Source: Zancudomyces culisetae HAW-14-8
Lineage: Eukaryota; Fungi; Kickxellomycota
DNA: 64,000 bases
Reading direction: 5' to 3'
Assembly (NCBI GenBank): GCA_052426225.1
Contig: JBNJNM010000013.1
Span: forward strand, 1,488,001 to 1,552,000
Made by a program: the position numbers and the translations under genes. The notes beneath the pieces are model-generated. The model worked only from the letters and a program-made list of their open reading frames with translations, did no database searches and was not told the origin of the DNA. Positions 50,458 to 64,000 of the stretch are shown here, piece by piece; position 1 is the first letter of the stretch; every line of letters starts with the position of its first letter.

Positions 50458-52281
50458 ATGCCTTTGGTGGTGATTAAGGTAAGCGATATAAATCCACGTA
50501 TCAAGCGTTTATTGCAAACACGAGCTGGTATGCTTGTTATTGTAGGTTCATATTAATAATGAAATAAAAATAATAATAATAGAAAGCGAGACCAAGAATA
50601 GCGTACTATGGATTGGGTGTACTAGCTATAGAAATTGTTGTGCTGGCTATAGCTAAATCTACACTATATATCCTAATTCTAGACGAGTGGGCAAGCGAGA
50701 AAAGAGAGTCTGCCTCTGCCATACAAAAAAACAGTTTGATATACATACTTCTAAGTGTTAATAGCATGCTGTTTATATGCTATTTGTATATTAACTCGGT
50801 AATTGAAGAAAATACGCTACAACTATTGTCATTTGTATTTGTACATGTGTTCCTAACTGGGCTTTGCGTGATGGAAATTGTACTGAACATGTTCTTGCAG
50901 TACTCCGAGTCAATGTTATTTATGTTTTCGAGAATAATAGTATGGTTTAGCATTGCCTTTTTAATAGGCTTGACGCTATTCTGGAGCTATTTGATAATAA
51001 ACATTAACAAGTCGTTTGGGTGGTCCTTGTATAAAATTCTTGGACCGGATCTACAGATAAAAAAATGCTATGAGGCTTACCAGATCTTAGTTCAGCTCAT
51101 AAAGATTGACTTTTTTACATTTTCTGGGTTTTCTATAATGTATCTCATTTTCTTCTTTAATGAGGACACTCCTGAGTTTAGAAACACCCTCATAATGATA
51201 CCAATCAGTATATTTTCGCTCGTGATCTCGTTTCCTTCTTTACGAAGAGAGTTTAAACTAGGAATGCTTATGTTTGTCTTGCTGATAGCTATATTGTTTG
51301 GCTACTATCTTTTTATGCTTGTCAGGATGTTTCAAAGCAGCTTCTTTAGTAACAAGATCCCGATGTTGGCACTGTTTACGTATTTTGGTGAGTACATGGA
51401 TTTCATAGAGTAGTTACTTTGGTGGTTTACTTCACTATTCAGGGATATATGTGATAGGTACAGATAGTATGTAATGGTATGTAAAAGAAATTTAACGTAA
51501 CATCAGCATATATATGTATGTATTTTCTATATACAAAAAAGCGATAATCGGGCTGATACTTTTGGCTGTAACGCTGCTACAAGCGATTAAATGCCTCCAA
51601 AACTTTGGGAAAGGTTTGAAGGAACGTAGTAAGTGCAACATTGATGCAGGAACCATTAAGTTTGCGTTTTATCTCACCATTTATCTCACCATTTATTTTT
51701 TTGGAGGAAAAAAAACAGACACTCGTATGCAAATAACGCCACTAATTACAAACAACTGGTTGTAGTTGATGAAGTGAGAGGTATGCGAGGGAATCATAAT
51801 AAGAACGGCGCAACCGGCCTTCTATCGAACGGGAATAGGCCCAGAATGCTGCTCGAAGACGAATAATAACTGCTTGCATTTGCATTTATCCAGCTTATTA
51901 ATCTACTACCCACAATTCCTAAGCTCAGTTCGTCTATGATGGCGAATGTGCCACCAAGATGCAAATAACGACCATTTATTGGTACTAGAAAGTTCTGCGT
52001 ATTCACGACCAAAGGCGATAGAGACTCAACAGCTATGACACGTATCTGCAAAGGAAAATGGTGCAGCATTGTAGTGATCAAAGCGAAGGATGCAGTCTTA
52101 TTTGCAGTGTCCACATAACAGTCAGGTATATACACTGTTTTACATAAAATCAGTGTATATAGCTGGTCAGTAGGTACATGAATTTGTCATCCAGATGACT
52201 TACTAATTGTATTTTTTTATTTTCAGTCTAAACCACAGGGGAGGGAAGGGGTTTCCACCAAGTAAAACTTGTAGCATTTAG
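50458..52281 (+). CDS. UPF0658-like multi-pass (Golgi) membrane protein (multi-exon; 3' end uncertain)
   Basis: EENTLQL, FGWSLYKILGPD...YQILVQLIKIDFF, CLQNFGKGLK, multiple TM segments. Confidence 0.75.
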
Positions 52282-52289
52282 TGGTAATA

Positions 52290-52395
52290 GTCTAATTTTA
52301 ATTTTAATTTTAGTTTTAATTTTAGTTTTAATTTTAGTTTTAATTTTAGTTTTAATTTAGCGTCAGTTTCAACTTTAGTTTTAATTTTAGCTTTA
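52290..52395. repeat. 12-bp tandem repeat TTTTAATTTTAG
   Basis: Direct inspection. Confidence 0.85.
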
Positions 52396-53256
52396 ATTCA
52401 TTTTGAGCTCTATTTGCCATACCTGTTTGAAAACAAAGCCAAGGGAATATTGATACGATCTACAACTACTTATTTTCGAAACGTTAAAAAATGATAGGTG
52501 AGAAATCCTTTTGGCACTTTTTAGCGAATTGAGAGCCAGCAAATTATAATTGACATCCATTACATAATTATTATAGAGTATTGCGCTATTCAAATTTGCA
52601 GTGTATTGCTTGTAGACTAGAAATCAGCAGCACGTTCGAAAGACAGCCGAAATAACGTTTGTTGTTTAATCCTAGGGCATTTTTTGTGACCAATTAACAG
52701 GGAAATAAAGTCACTCACATTTGTGATATTAAAAATCCAAGTCGGATTACTAATCAGCTCTTGCGCATTTCAGCCCTCTTTATTATCTTCTGTAATTTTT
52801 ACAAAAAAATTTTCATGTATCGCTCAACACATTTTCAGTGTTCTGAAAAGGATTATATAAAACGAATGAGACCTACCAAGAGGGTGACAGCCAGATAAAC
52901 CAATCCACACAAACAAGTATCTTTTAGTTTTCAAAAAAGGGTATTTTTGAAGTTGGACTTGTTATCCCTATCGGGTTTTATCAATCGTTATTTCTATACG
53001 AGCTGGTCATAAACAACGGGAAATAAGAAGAGCTGATATTGAGGAAAAAGCGATTCCGTAAGAGATAGTTGATTAGATTTGCTCGCAAATTTTGTATATC
53101 TCCACAAAAAGCAACAGGAAACGCCACTAAACCGATCCTGTTCCATAAAGTATCGAATATTCTCATTTTTCCTATCTATCCTAGTTCAAACTATATAAAA
53201 GGTGAGAAGACTTCTACTTATATCAAACACAGCTAGCATACGCATAAATCTTGAAA

Positions 53257-54195
53257 ATGGCACAGGTCGAAGCATTTACAACTTTTAAAAAGAAGGGGGC
53301 GAATTCAATGCAGATGCGAAGATTTGATGTTGTAGTATTTACTGACAATCTGATGCACACAGGGCTTTCTGGTGTTAAAAACTTGAACAAGAATGCCCCA
53401 TTGAATGAGCTAAATTCTGTTCTCAGGGAAACATTCTCCCACGGAATAGGTGAAAACTCCATTACACATGACAGAGAAAAGGGTATATTGGTGATAAAGG
53501 ATGCCAGAGATGCCCGTGATCTCGGAACCCGAGACGTTGTTGACGATCTTGAGATTACCGCAAAAATATTTTTCATGGAATACCCCAACCCAGACAATAT
53601 AGCAGGGCTTGAGGCCTCGATAGAACAGAATCTGGAATTTGTCAAGGATCATCTGAAAGTCAATAGGATCGATAATCTCATTCTCGCTTTTTCTCCAGCT
53701 GAACCAAAGGAACACATTAAAATCAGCTCGTTGGAATCAACCAAAAAACACCATAATGGTTACGATTTAGATTCTTTCTGTAAGCTTTGGTCTCTCCTGA
53801 GAATCCGCCAGCAACTTGGTGATTTTTCGCGGCTCGGAGTTTCTGACTTTAGTCTAAAAATGCTCCAAGAGTTGAAGGATACTAGCGCTGGTCTTCCAGA
53901 TATTAACCAGATCAAGCTATCTGAATGTGAGGGACTCTCGGAGAGTTTGCTACAATTTGCTGTGTCAAACAATATTGAGTTGCTTTCCAATACGGATGTA
54001 GACTCTTTTATAACACCAAAATCCTTGACAAATGCGACCCAGTCGTTTGATTTTGAACCTCTTCTTGGCGACATGAAGTCAAAGTCACCCCTGGTTCTTA
54101 CTCCGCGAGTTGTTACAAAATACAACACTATTATTAAGAACCGTTCCATTGTACGATCCAAAGGCTACATCGTAACAGCCACAGCACAAATTTAA
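53257..54195 (+). CDS. GCLM: Glutamate-cysteine ligase modifier subunit (AKR-like fold)
   Basis: LEITAKIFF, LGVSDFS, PDINQI, FAVSNNIELL, VTKYNTIIKNRSIVRSKGYIV. Confidence 0.82.
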   Translation: MAQVEAFTTFKKKGANSMQMRRFDVVVFTDNLMHTGLSGVKNLNKNAPLNELNSVLRETFSHGIGENSITHDREKGILVIKDARDARDLGTRDVVDDLEITAKIFFMEYPNPDNIAGLEASIEQNLEFVKDHLKVNRIDNLILAFSPAEPKEHIKISSLESTKKHHNGYDLDSFCKLWSLLRIRQQLGDFSRLGVSDFSLKMLQELKDTSAGLPDINQIKLSECEGLSESLLQFAVSNNIELLSNTDVDSFITPKSLTNATQSFDFEPLLGDMKSKSPLVLTPRVVTKYNTIIKNRSIVRSKGYIVTATAQI

Positions 54196-55156
54196 ATCAT
54201 TGCGGGGAAGGGGGCTTCTTTTTTTTTTTTGCAAGAGGTAGAAATTGCTGAAACTTTTTATAAGAAGTGTAGCATTACAATGATAGATATTGCAGTGTTT
54301 ATCCACCGGACTGTCTCTTAACTCTAGACTTAGACAAGTTGTATAATTTTAGTCTTTTTTTTCATCTATTATACTTTATTTTCTTTATTTTCTTTTCCCA
54401 CCAACAATAACCACAATAAAGGCCATTTTCAACTTGGAAAGATTAGCTGGAAAATCAAAATATGTCTTCTGACTTGTAAACCAACTGATCTGATCTCAAA
54501 TTAATTGCAAAAGGTAAAAAACAAGAGATAAAAATAGTGCGAAAATGCGCGTGGAGCCATTCTCAAATATGAACGCGAGTGTGGAAAATGATAGTATGCA
54601 GCAATGCGCATATGCCCATATATGATTCATTTTGTGTTACATTTTTCAACTGTATCCTCAACACCTACATTATGTATACATACGTATACCATACCTCTTT
54701 TCAGAGTAACCACGAAAAAAGGATGGTGCAAATCCAGCTTATAAATTCAATTATCTGACTTGTCGAAATACAAATTCCAGATCCCGCTTCGGGTATTGAT
54801 TCACAAGTCTTTGGATCTACCGAGGCTACATGAGGTTACTCTTGTAACACACACGTATGTAAAACACCAGAACAGGTTGGTTGCACCCCCCCCCCCCCCC
54901 CCTCTCCCCTCTCACTCCCCGCTTTCCCTGCAGGTACATTATTATTGAGCTTGGTTTTTATCGGCAGAATTGGTTATTTACACAGCCTTGGCTTGTTTTG
55001 GACATAGTTATTTGTGATCAGTATTTTTTAACGAAATTAGAGAGAATTATGAAATTGAAGCATTTAAATTCAAAGAGCAATAATCATCATAAATACAAAA
55101 GAAAAGACGCTGCATCTCCGAATCCAAAGACTAGTTTATAATAGGACCTGGATATC

Positions 55157-57601
55157 ATGGCAACTAAGGTATACATCAACAAAAATTATATCTATTGTTG
55201 TATTTTTAAGATTGGAACATTCCCTTTGATTTTATGTTCAGTGTTTACATGTGCATTTACATAAAGTAATAGTAAAATAAACCATAAGCGTTTCAAAAAA
55301 AAAAGAGAGAATACCACTTTAAACCTATAATATACAAACTCGATTACAATAAGTAGAGCAAAAGCAAAATATGTCCCGACGATTGGTCCTATTTTACCGA
55401 AGGAAACGCAAACATTGTACTGTGCTACACAGGAACTAACCCAGAATTGGTAAACACTTTTGACCAGGTTTAATATTTATATATTTGTATATAGCGCTTT
55501 ATTTATGCTGCCTTTGTACTAAAAGAAGGTCACTTTAGTGGTGGGTTTAAATAAAATTTAATAATTTCATAAAAAGAAAGGAAAGCTGTTAAGGATCCGA
55601 AAAATCGATAACGAATCTTCAAGTCGCAATAAATCAAAAATACGGATATTGGACTATCATGTACTCCTAAGAAAGATTGTTGGGGAAGAAAACACACTCA
55701 CTATGGTAAATCTCCACTTTACCCCTTTGGTTTTTTATATCCTATCCCTTTATATGGAAAAGGAGTAAGGAATGAGTGAGGGAAGGCGACCCCTGAATCG
55801 ACTACCCTTATTTCTTGTGCCTTTGAGGTTTGGGTTTTCAAGGATAGTAACGTTTGATATTTTGAAAACAGTGTGGCTAAGCGAACAAAATTTTGTTTTT
55901 GCGTGACAGGTCCCACTTCGTCATAATAAACTATTGATATATGCAAATGAAACATAACATAGGAAGAAGGGGTTGCAGATGAATCTACACTTAGAATGAT
56001 TGCGTCTGAAATATCTGGGAAAAGACCCAAGCAGCGGTTGTCAAGAGAGATCGATTTTGATCATCCCTCTGTCTATTTAATAAAAGATGCCAGATATTCT
56101 GGAAGTAGTAAAGCCATCTCAGTTGAGTTTAAGGTAGTACTCCCTAGTTTTTTTTTGCTGTTTGTTTGGAGAAGGAGGAGAGAAGGGTATAAGACTGTTG
56201 GTTTGGAACAAGCTAAAAAAACATTTATACTGAATTTATAGCCTAAGGGTGGTTTTTTAAACACAAAGTTGCTTAGTAGTAATGGTGTACGAGATTTGAC
56301 ACATAGAAACTGTAGATTGTGCTTGTACAAACACTTGAGATTCAAGGGTGGCATAAGCAAGGATATAGAGAGATACTGCCCCAGCCTACTGTTTTCAAAT
56401 CGAAAACTGGATATTGATGTTGCACTAATGCATCTTTTCAATTTTCCAGAACCATTTTTTAGGTACCACGGGACTGACCAAACGATGCTAACTAACAATG
56501 TATGATTCTATCAGCTCTATTGACTCTATTTATTTATTTTCAAAGTTGAAGTTAGAACAAATGAAGTGAATTTCCCCCCATCCCCTTCTCTCTAAATAAC
56601 GTAACAATATATAAAGGATAGGGTGAGGCGCATGGTGGCGACTGTGTTATACGAAAATACCATATTATCAAGGCTGCTGGAAGTATACGAGGCTGTAGAC
56701 ATACTCAGTATAGAGGACGTTCTTGACGCTTTTAAAAGGTTTTGTACTGATCACCAGAAGAGCAATGCAGATGTTTCTGTCGAACCCGGTATAGAGCATT
56801 TTCATGATTCCGTTTGTGAGTTTTACAAAAGATGTACTCAAGGATTAGCACCAGCAGGTGAGATATGTTCATATTGCGACTACAAAGCTACACAGAAAGC
56901 TTTAGTGCTTAACTTCACCCAAAAGGATGAAACGCGGGCTATACACTTATCATTATTCATACAACAGGAGTCTGTGCCATGAAAAAGGCTTCAGAAATAA
57001 CTAACGTAGACTTCGAAACAATATTTAGACGATCTGCAAATTCTTATCGAGTATGTCATCTCCAGAACTTTAAGGGATATATCCATAGTGGTCTCACTTA
57101 GTCACGATTCTGCAGTTTTGGGGTAACTATTTGATATTTACATATTCGGTTTATATATTTATTGTACCTGATCTCGTATTTTGGCATTTTAGCATTTACC
57201 CCTTCACCAAGAGGTTTTGGGAGTCAATTCGTATAAACACCCGTTCTTTTACTTATTTTATTCAACCGAAGACTAGATGCAGCATTTAACATCAAAATCT
57301 TTAAGCGAATACCTATAACCTTGAATGACCCTATTTGCGGCATTCAAGATTTTCAGTTGATTACAACGAAACTCAACGTACATCGATATAGCGTTATTAA
57401 CTATCAATGCATATGAAATACTGATTTATTAGCGAGAACTCGGAGGGAGAATCCTCGTGGAAACGATATACTCTAGAGGAAAATGTCGAATTCTATGCCA
57501 AACTAGTAGTCATAGATCTTGACTACAAGCCATTTGACAAGATTCCGCAGTATTGCAAAAAAGACTTAGCTATAGTTCAAAGCTATCTTAAAACCACATA
57601 A
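55157..57601 (+). CDS. IPK1: Inositol-pentakisphosphate 2-kinase (about 7 exons, boundaries approximate)
   Basis: WSYFTEGNANIV, LLRIRK, VEFKPKGG, CRLCLYK, YCPSLLFS, RTLRDIS, VIDLDYKP across GT-AG-bounded exons. Confidence 0.85.
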
Positions 57602-57797
57602 TGTCTCTAGCACCTTTTTCTCTCTAGCTATGGTTACTTAAACATTCAATATGCGCTGTTTTTTTAAGTTTATTGTCATTAAAAAGCGCTTTAAAAATAA
57701 ACCTCAAATTAATCACATGGTTATAAGAAACAATCGTTTAATTCAAGATTCCAATAGTACAAAAAAAACCTCGTATTCAAAAAAAGGCAAGAACGGA

Positions 57798-58544
57798 CTA
57801 GAAATCATCAAGAGTGAGCTGTCTAGCGACTTGACTGTTGGATACAAAGCGGTTGAATTCATCAAAGCTAATTTTGCCGTCTCCATCCTGATCTGCCGCA
57901 AGTATAGTTTTATCAACTATTTGCTGTAATTGCGTATTATTCAAGTTGTTCCCTACCATTAGCTTGAGCACCATAAACAGCTCTCCATTGGAAATATATC
58001 CATCGCGGTCTACGTCGTATATCAGAAATGCAAACTTTATCTTGTCAGCCTTCTTGCCTTTGTTACTGAATGCACTCAAGCCAATAATAAACTCTTTAAA
58101 GTCCACATCACCACCACCATCTCTATCAAACACATCTATCAGTCTTCCTGCCAACGGGTTATTTGCCAGTTGTGGTATTGCGAGAAACTCCTCTTTGTCT
58201 ATCGAGCCGGAATTATCTTTGTCCAATTTTGCAAATCGCTGGTATAATGATTTTATTTCCTCTGTGGTGACTATACACATTCAATATATATTATACTGAT
58301 GTTCTTTTAAAATTAAAACAGGCTACTTTGCAAGCACTAAATGATTGATCTTCAAAACCAACTGTTGCCATTTCACATCACATAAATACATACGATGGGG
58401 CATAAATTCTCCGTTAAAAAAACTACACAATATAAATAGTATTTACAGGCACAAATGACGTAAATAAAAATAGAATATCTTACAGTTTGTTGATTCTGAC
58501 AGAGATTTCAACTCCTCCAAGCCCGCTTTTAACGCTTTTTCCAT
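57798..58544 (-). CDS. CNB1: Calcineurin regulatory subunit B (exons 58544-58484, 58270-57798)
   Basis: Four EF-hands; [57 protein letters not shown]. Confidence 0.95.
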
Positions 58545-60163
58545 TTCACCGAGTAGAATTCAATAAGTGTTTTTATGTTTAGAATAAAAGATTGTTTATA
58601 GCCGAATATGTATAATAGAGGTCAGATAACTTTGTTCTGGATAAATATAAACTAAAAGTTGTGAAACTAGGCTAATTGAATCTAGGAATATATCCTCTTG
58701 AAGCACGGTTCTGTTGGCTATAACATCCTATTTTCCCATATTTCATGCATTGAGTCATTTTCAAACTCAATGGTTATATAAAAATCAATTGGGAGTAAAA
58801 TCCTCTTATGTTCTGGAGGCCAATTGTTTTATCCCTTAATTATCTCAAACGAATCAGAATTTGAGGAAAAAATTAGAACTAAATGGCCCAATAGTCCACA
58901 AACTTGAGGTTGGGGGCAGCTGAGGCGTTGGAGCCTCAAATGCAAAGCCTCTTCCTCATCTCTGCAACACCTTTGAATGTGCTGGGAAAGGCAAATGCGA
59001 ATACTCCTTTCCGTGCATTAATGAACCAACTGGACTTCGTTTTTTTTGCCACTACCATATCCGCCTGCCTACGGTTATCACTTTTTGTGCAAGTTTGTAC
59101 TTGGGCGTATTAGTAGATAAAAAAAAGACACACATACACACACATATTTTCTGGCTTCTAAAAGATAAATGCGCGTGTTAAATACAACTATTTGATTTGT
59201 TTAATAAATAAACAAAGCCATTATCTTTTCAGAATAAAGTAAAGAAGGAATGATACTCTAGAGAAGCATCTGTCCATTCAATCCAGACCAAATACCCATT
59301 TAGCAAAATTCTGTCATTGTGTGGTCTTCAGATTTTGTCGGAGTTTGATAGATGTTTCAGACTGATACCAGTTTAAAAACACAGTTAAACAATTTATTGG
59401 TGATAGCTTATACAAAGCACGTCACACAGCATCCATGTCTATAACACTATGATCACTTTCTAGTATAGAATAATTTTGAATATTGTTCAATAAAGTGAGG
59501 ATATATAGACTGCCTTGAGGAGAAAAAGACACATCTAGGTTGTCCTGTAAAATGTCTACAAGATTGTAGATTTGATAACATACTTTTCATGTTAGAGTAA
59601 AAAAACAATAGTAGCATCTCACGGGTATTGGTAGCCTATATTAGTTATAACCATGATCATAATCATATCTCATCGTTTCTGTTTTTTTTTGAGTTACCAT
59701 GTGTTTTCACTGATTTTTCTCTTTTACACAGAAAAAATGATTTTTAAAGTTAGTAGCCGAAAAGAAAAAATCTACGGAGAATACGTATAGTTGTTATCAG
59801 TATTCGGTATACCATTGATTATTATATTCAAGTTCCCGCTCAGTCTGACTATCAAAGTCCAATTTTGTTTTTGCAGCTTTGGTTTCGAATAACAGCAAAA
59901 TACAATATATTATTCCACTAGCATTTATTATTCACATTGGTGGTAAACCCATCCATAATTTTGGGAAAGAATAAAGAAAACAAGGATTCTAGTAACCTAG
60001 CAACTCTAAAAAAACCTAAAAAATCCGTAGTTAAAGTATTCTATATAAGTGCATTATTTTTAACATCTGTATGTAAATAAATAAAGAAAAAAGAATATTT
60101 GTGTACATTGACAGGCATAGAGTATTATCTGAAAAATAAAGAAGGAGGGGGAACTTTACGGGG

Positions 60164-61429
60164 TTATTTCTGCTCAATGTCCAACATATGGCCCATTTTT
60201 AAAGCCTTCGTATACAAATATTTGTCGGCTTCTGCCATAGAGGGACCAAATGGTCTAACATGGCGTTGATGAGAAGAAAACTGGAGAGGATCGGAAAATC
60301 CGGACATAAAAGGCACGGGGTTAATAGTGGCAGGGTTGCTTGGTGCAGAATCACCCATGCTGCTTAGTTGGGTGTAGGATGCTACAAAGCTTTTGCGTCG
60401 CAGGCGATCAGTTGCATCATCCGAGGAAGTGGCTTCCTTTTGCTCTATTTGTTGAAAAGAATCACGGGGTTCGTCAAAGCTATTTTTTCGCGAACTTGTT
60501 GGCTTTGAAAGACCTTGAAAGGTTTCCATATGGTGGGCTGTATCTCCGTCTAACCACCAGCTTGGTATCATTGGTATTCGCTCAACCACCGTAAGCCTTT
60601 CCTTCGTGTCGTCACAATCGCCCTCTGTAAGTTGTTTTATTTTATCGGGGTTGTTGGTTAACAGGTTCATTTCCAAGCAGTCTAAATCAAACAAGATTGC
60701 TCTTGCAACTTCATATGTTCTCCCATCCGCTGGATGATTTAACAGAAGATTTGCATTTACAGTATCATGACCCATATCCTGTAGGTTGTACGCTTTGAGT
60801 TTTTCGCCTAAGCCTATGTTTCTACCCTCCTGTCTTAGGTATACTACAACGCCATTGTTTAGATTAGACATCAAACGCATAGATTCTGCCAGCTGGTAGC
60901 CGCAATCACATCTAGTCGACGAAACGGTTTCTCCAGTGTAGCATTCCGAATGTATTCTGACAAGCGGAATCAAAGCTTTTTGATTTTCATTGTTCAAATG
61001 AGAGCTGCCGTCGTCTACCGATGCTCCTCTAACTTTTCTATCCATCTCTGTCTCCCCTTCTCGAACCCGCTCTAGGCTTTTTGATTTTATTGTATTTCCA
61101 AATACAATTGCCAGATGCTCTTTATTATCAAAATCATTTTTGTATAAATGTAGGTAGAACTGACCGCCTGGATAAGGTATTCTGGCTCGTACTTGACATT
61201 CGACTGTAACGCGCTTCGGATGTGCCGCTTTTTTTGATTCAGAAACCCGTTTATCGGCCGTGTTTAATTGAACAGATTCTAGTAGAGTCGATATCACCCT
61301 TTCGTTTCCAGCAATTCCGACAGTAGAAGAATCATTCTTCCTCAAGTCATCATGCGAACCGGTTCTGGTTGAATTAGTATCAAAATCGCTAGAATCTCTT
61401 CTGGTATCTATCCCATTTCTATTTGACAT
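60164..61429 (-). CDS. RIB1: GTP cyclohydrolase II
   Basis: [61 protein letters not shown]. Confidence 0.95.
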   Translation of the reverse strand: MSNRNGIDTRRDSSDFDTNSTRTGSHDDLRKNDSSTVGIAGNERVISTLLESVQLNTADKRVSESKKAAHPKRVTVECQVRARIPYPGGQFYLHLYKNDFDNKEHLAIVFGNTIKSKSLERVREGETEMDRKVRGASVDDGSSHLNNENQKALIPLVRIHSECYTGETVSSTRCDCGYQLAESMRLMSNLNNGVVVYLRQEGRNIGLGEKLKAYNLQDMGHDTVNANLLLNHPADGRTYEVARAILFDLDCLEMNLLTNNPDKIKQLTEGDCDDTKERLTVVERIPMIPSWWLDGDTAHHMETFQGLSKPTSSRKNSFDEPRDSFQQIEQKEATSSDDATDRLRRKSFVASYTQLSSMGDSAPSNPATINPVPFMSGFSDPLQFSSHQRHVRPFGPSMAEADKYLYTKALKMGHMLDIEQK

Positions 61430-62029
61430 CTTGTGCTTTTGTAACTGTAAATTTATCCGCTTTTTTCTGTTTTGGTTCAAAGGAAGAAATTCCTTTCTTA
61501 TTTTACTTATGTCCCCTGTTCTGTGTTATGTGAACTTATTAAGCGTGCTTCTCAGTCAAACATACCAGTGTGTTTAGGTATACCTGTAAGAATTTCGAGT
61601 CGAACAAATTTAAACTTAGTAAGAAGAGTAAAAAACATCCCCAAACGCATTACTAGCCAAAAAAAATTCCCCCTGATATTACATTACTAATCTGTACTTT
61701 TTTTTGCATATGAAGGAAAAGTCGTGGTTCAAACTGGGAAACCCAACACGATTCAGCTCTTGTTGGTCGATTTTCCTTTTTCACAGACAAAACTTGTGGA
61801 TAAACAATTATCTTTTTCTGCGAATGTGATTTGTTCCATTATTGTTTCGCTGGTTTTCTTGGGGGACTTTTTATCTCAATCAGAAACCAATTACGATATG
61901 GAAATTCATGAGATAGAAACGATAATTGGATTAGTAAAACTAGGAAATCAAAGTTAGCAAAAGATATTACTAATCATCACAGCTACACCTTGTGCTTTCT
62001 AAACGTTGGGGAAGAGGAGTGTAGTGTGT

Positions 62030-63690
62030 AAGAAAAAAAAACTAGTTTGTTGACAAGTGATATACGAACAACAACGTGAAATATTCTTGTAAGAACCAGA
62101 ACTGTTTAATTGTCTTTTAGCTCTCAAAGAATTCTAAAGCAAAACTGAATAATTCAAATAACTCTGTAAAATTCGTACCAAACAGTGACTTCATCCTCCC
62201 TTCTGCGTTACAACTTGACTTTGCGGGTTTTGAAGAAATATCAAAACTAATGAATCTTCAATCACAAGGTAGTATATATTCTTGTACGATGTTCATATTT
62301 TAAAACAAAAACGTCTTACTACATTTAAACAGATTGTGTTGTATTCAACAGGTAACCCCTGGTAAACTAGGCGAACTAGCAACATGGTAAGAGGTAAAGA
62401 TGTTACCGTAGCCAAGAGCAATAGTAACCAAATATGACAAAAAAAAGGGGGGGAGTCGCGATTAAGATGTGCTTTATCTGTAAAAACGCTTCACGTATAC
62501 GTTGAGTTTTAAGTAAACGACTTGAAACCAGAACTACCTTATAAGTTTTGCTTAGTTTATTGTGGCGTGTGTACTAAGCACTTACACCTATACTTTCCAA
62601 ATGTAAATTAGTGATAATATAAATACTTAAAATGGTGTATATAAACCAAATAACACTTTGTTTTGTTTTTTCACACTTTAACACTGCGAGAAACATAAAT
62701 AAAAACTTGAGCCTCTTGTTGAATTATACCTAGAAAATACATACTAGAAAACCACAGGCAAGAACACCTGACACTAAGAGCACACTAGCACTAACCCTTA
62801 CCCCAGTATCAACAAAGCTGCTGTCATATGATGCTGTTGTTTTAGAGCTAGTTCTGTTTACATATTTTGTATTACGCAGCCCTTCGTCAAGACTATTTTG
62901 GTCTTCTATTTGTTAATAAATGCAAGTATAATGATGATAGAGGCTAGTGGAAATAGTGAAAATTGTAAAAAAGAGATAATTCTTTGTAAATTATTGACAT
63001 ACCATTAACCTTGTTTCCAAAAACTTTCAAGACATTCTTCTCGTTGTCAGATGAATGTGCAAGATAGCTGGACGGGCGTGTTTCCATTTGTATACCAGCT
63101 TCATTTTCTGTGCGTTGTGGCTGTACCCCATTTTCTTGTTTTTTTACTTCAGGATTTGTGTTTTGCTGGTGGTTGGTGTCAAGGTTTCTTAGAAATGCTT
63201 TTGAAAAGTTTTCGTACACACCAATGTTTCCTCCATCTCTACTAGGGCTACTTTTAGTAGTTTTATTGCTTTCATCATCAGTATCGCTGTTATTTTCTTG
63301 TTTTTTTGGATTTGCAGGTGGTGCATATTCATCATTCTGAATCAAGTTGTGCTTTGTTTTTAATGGGTCACTTTTACTCTCAGTCTCTAATGTTATACTT
63401 TCAAAGCTCACAGGAATAATTTTTGGTGGTAGGTTGGTGGGTTCATTTTGGTTTCCAGATGACGTCCTGGGCTTGTTGTTGGTTGGATGTGGTGATGATC
63501 CCACATCTCTTTTGTTGTATTCCATGTTATTATAATCAAAAATATCGTCCCTTGCTAGCGTTCTGAAATTCCTCTTTAAAATATCAGTTCGTTGAGGGAT
63601 ATCAGTATCACCATTTTCTGGTAAATCACCATATCTTTTTGAGCCTATATTAATGACGTATAAATAATGTATTAGAAATGTTTACATTAC
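62030..63690 (-). CDS. Hypothetical multi-exon protein, disordered N-terminus and hydrophobic segment
   Basis: 193-aa ORF 62944-63525 plus a downstream AG/GT-bounded exon (~62745-62905) encoding VSASVLLVSGVLACGFL; ends uncertain. Confidence 0.5.
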
Positions 63691-64000
63691 AATATAAGAT
63701 GCATGTATTTATGTGATATACCTAATGCGTATAAAGGACAAGTTAGAAGTAGAAATATATATCTGTTCATTTTGATTAGCGTCTCTTCCTATTTATGTGC
63801 TCCACTTTTATTCTTGAAAATTTTGATAGAAAAGGTAAAATTAGGAAATAGTGTATTGAAACGTTTTTCGAGGGAATTGATACCTTTATATGTGCATACT
63901 TTTCTCTTTCCAGATTAACGAGGTATTGGGATAGGTCTAAGTCGAAAATACTATAAACAGGTAAATACGTGTATAGCGCTCCTAGGGTTATATTATGGGG

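Noticed and set aside
62791-62804. CTAACCCTTACCCC telomere-like motif
   Set aside because: Only two degenerate units, inside a likely coding exon.
23000-64000. Selenoprotein (in-frame UGA plus SECIS), since some early-diverging fungi use Sec
   Set aside because: No recognised gene needed an in-frame TGA at a Cys-aligned site; the TGA in PLP1 is explained by a 1-nt frameshift.

Overview
AT-rich eukaryotic DNA, most likely from an early-diverging, intron-bearing fungus. A Harpellales/Kickxellomycotina-like origin is inference from composition and gene content only. The window has two zones. (1) About 1-20.9 kb is a transposon graveyard: nested Tc1/mariner elements, three decayed Ty3/gypsy fragments and an L1/Tx1-like LINE remnant. 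It ends in a polarised stack of at least six solo-LTR-like units from about four families plus one intact 5.36-kb Ty3/gypsy element with apparently identical LTRs. All of these inserted, with nested 4-bp TSDs, within a few bases upstream of a single tRNA-Val(CAC) gene. (2) About 23-64 kb is gene-dense: VTI1, phosducin-like PLP1, a Pex24/28-32-like peroxin, a RhoGAP, MBF1, a PA-TM-RING E3 ligase, a secreted cationic Cys-rich precursor, SNU13 (with a dual-guide C/D-box snoRNA in its intron), COX19, prefoldin 4, a GDSL hydrolase with Ser-to-Cys at the nucleophile, a UPF0658-like membrane protein, GCLM, IPK1, calcineurin B lacking Gly2, and RIB1. Exon boundaries were called by eye and are approximate where stated.
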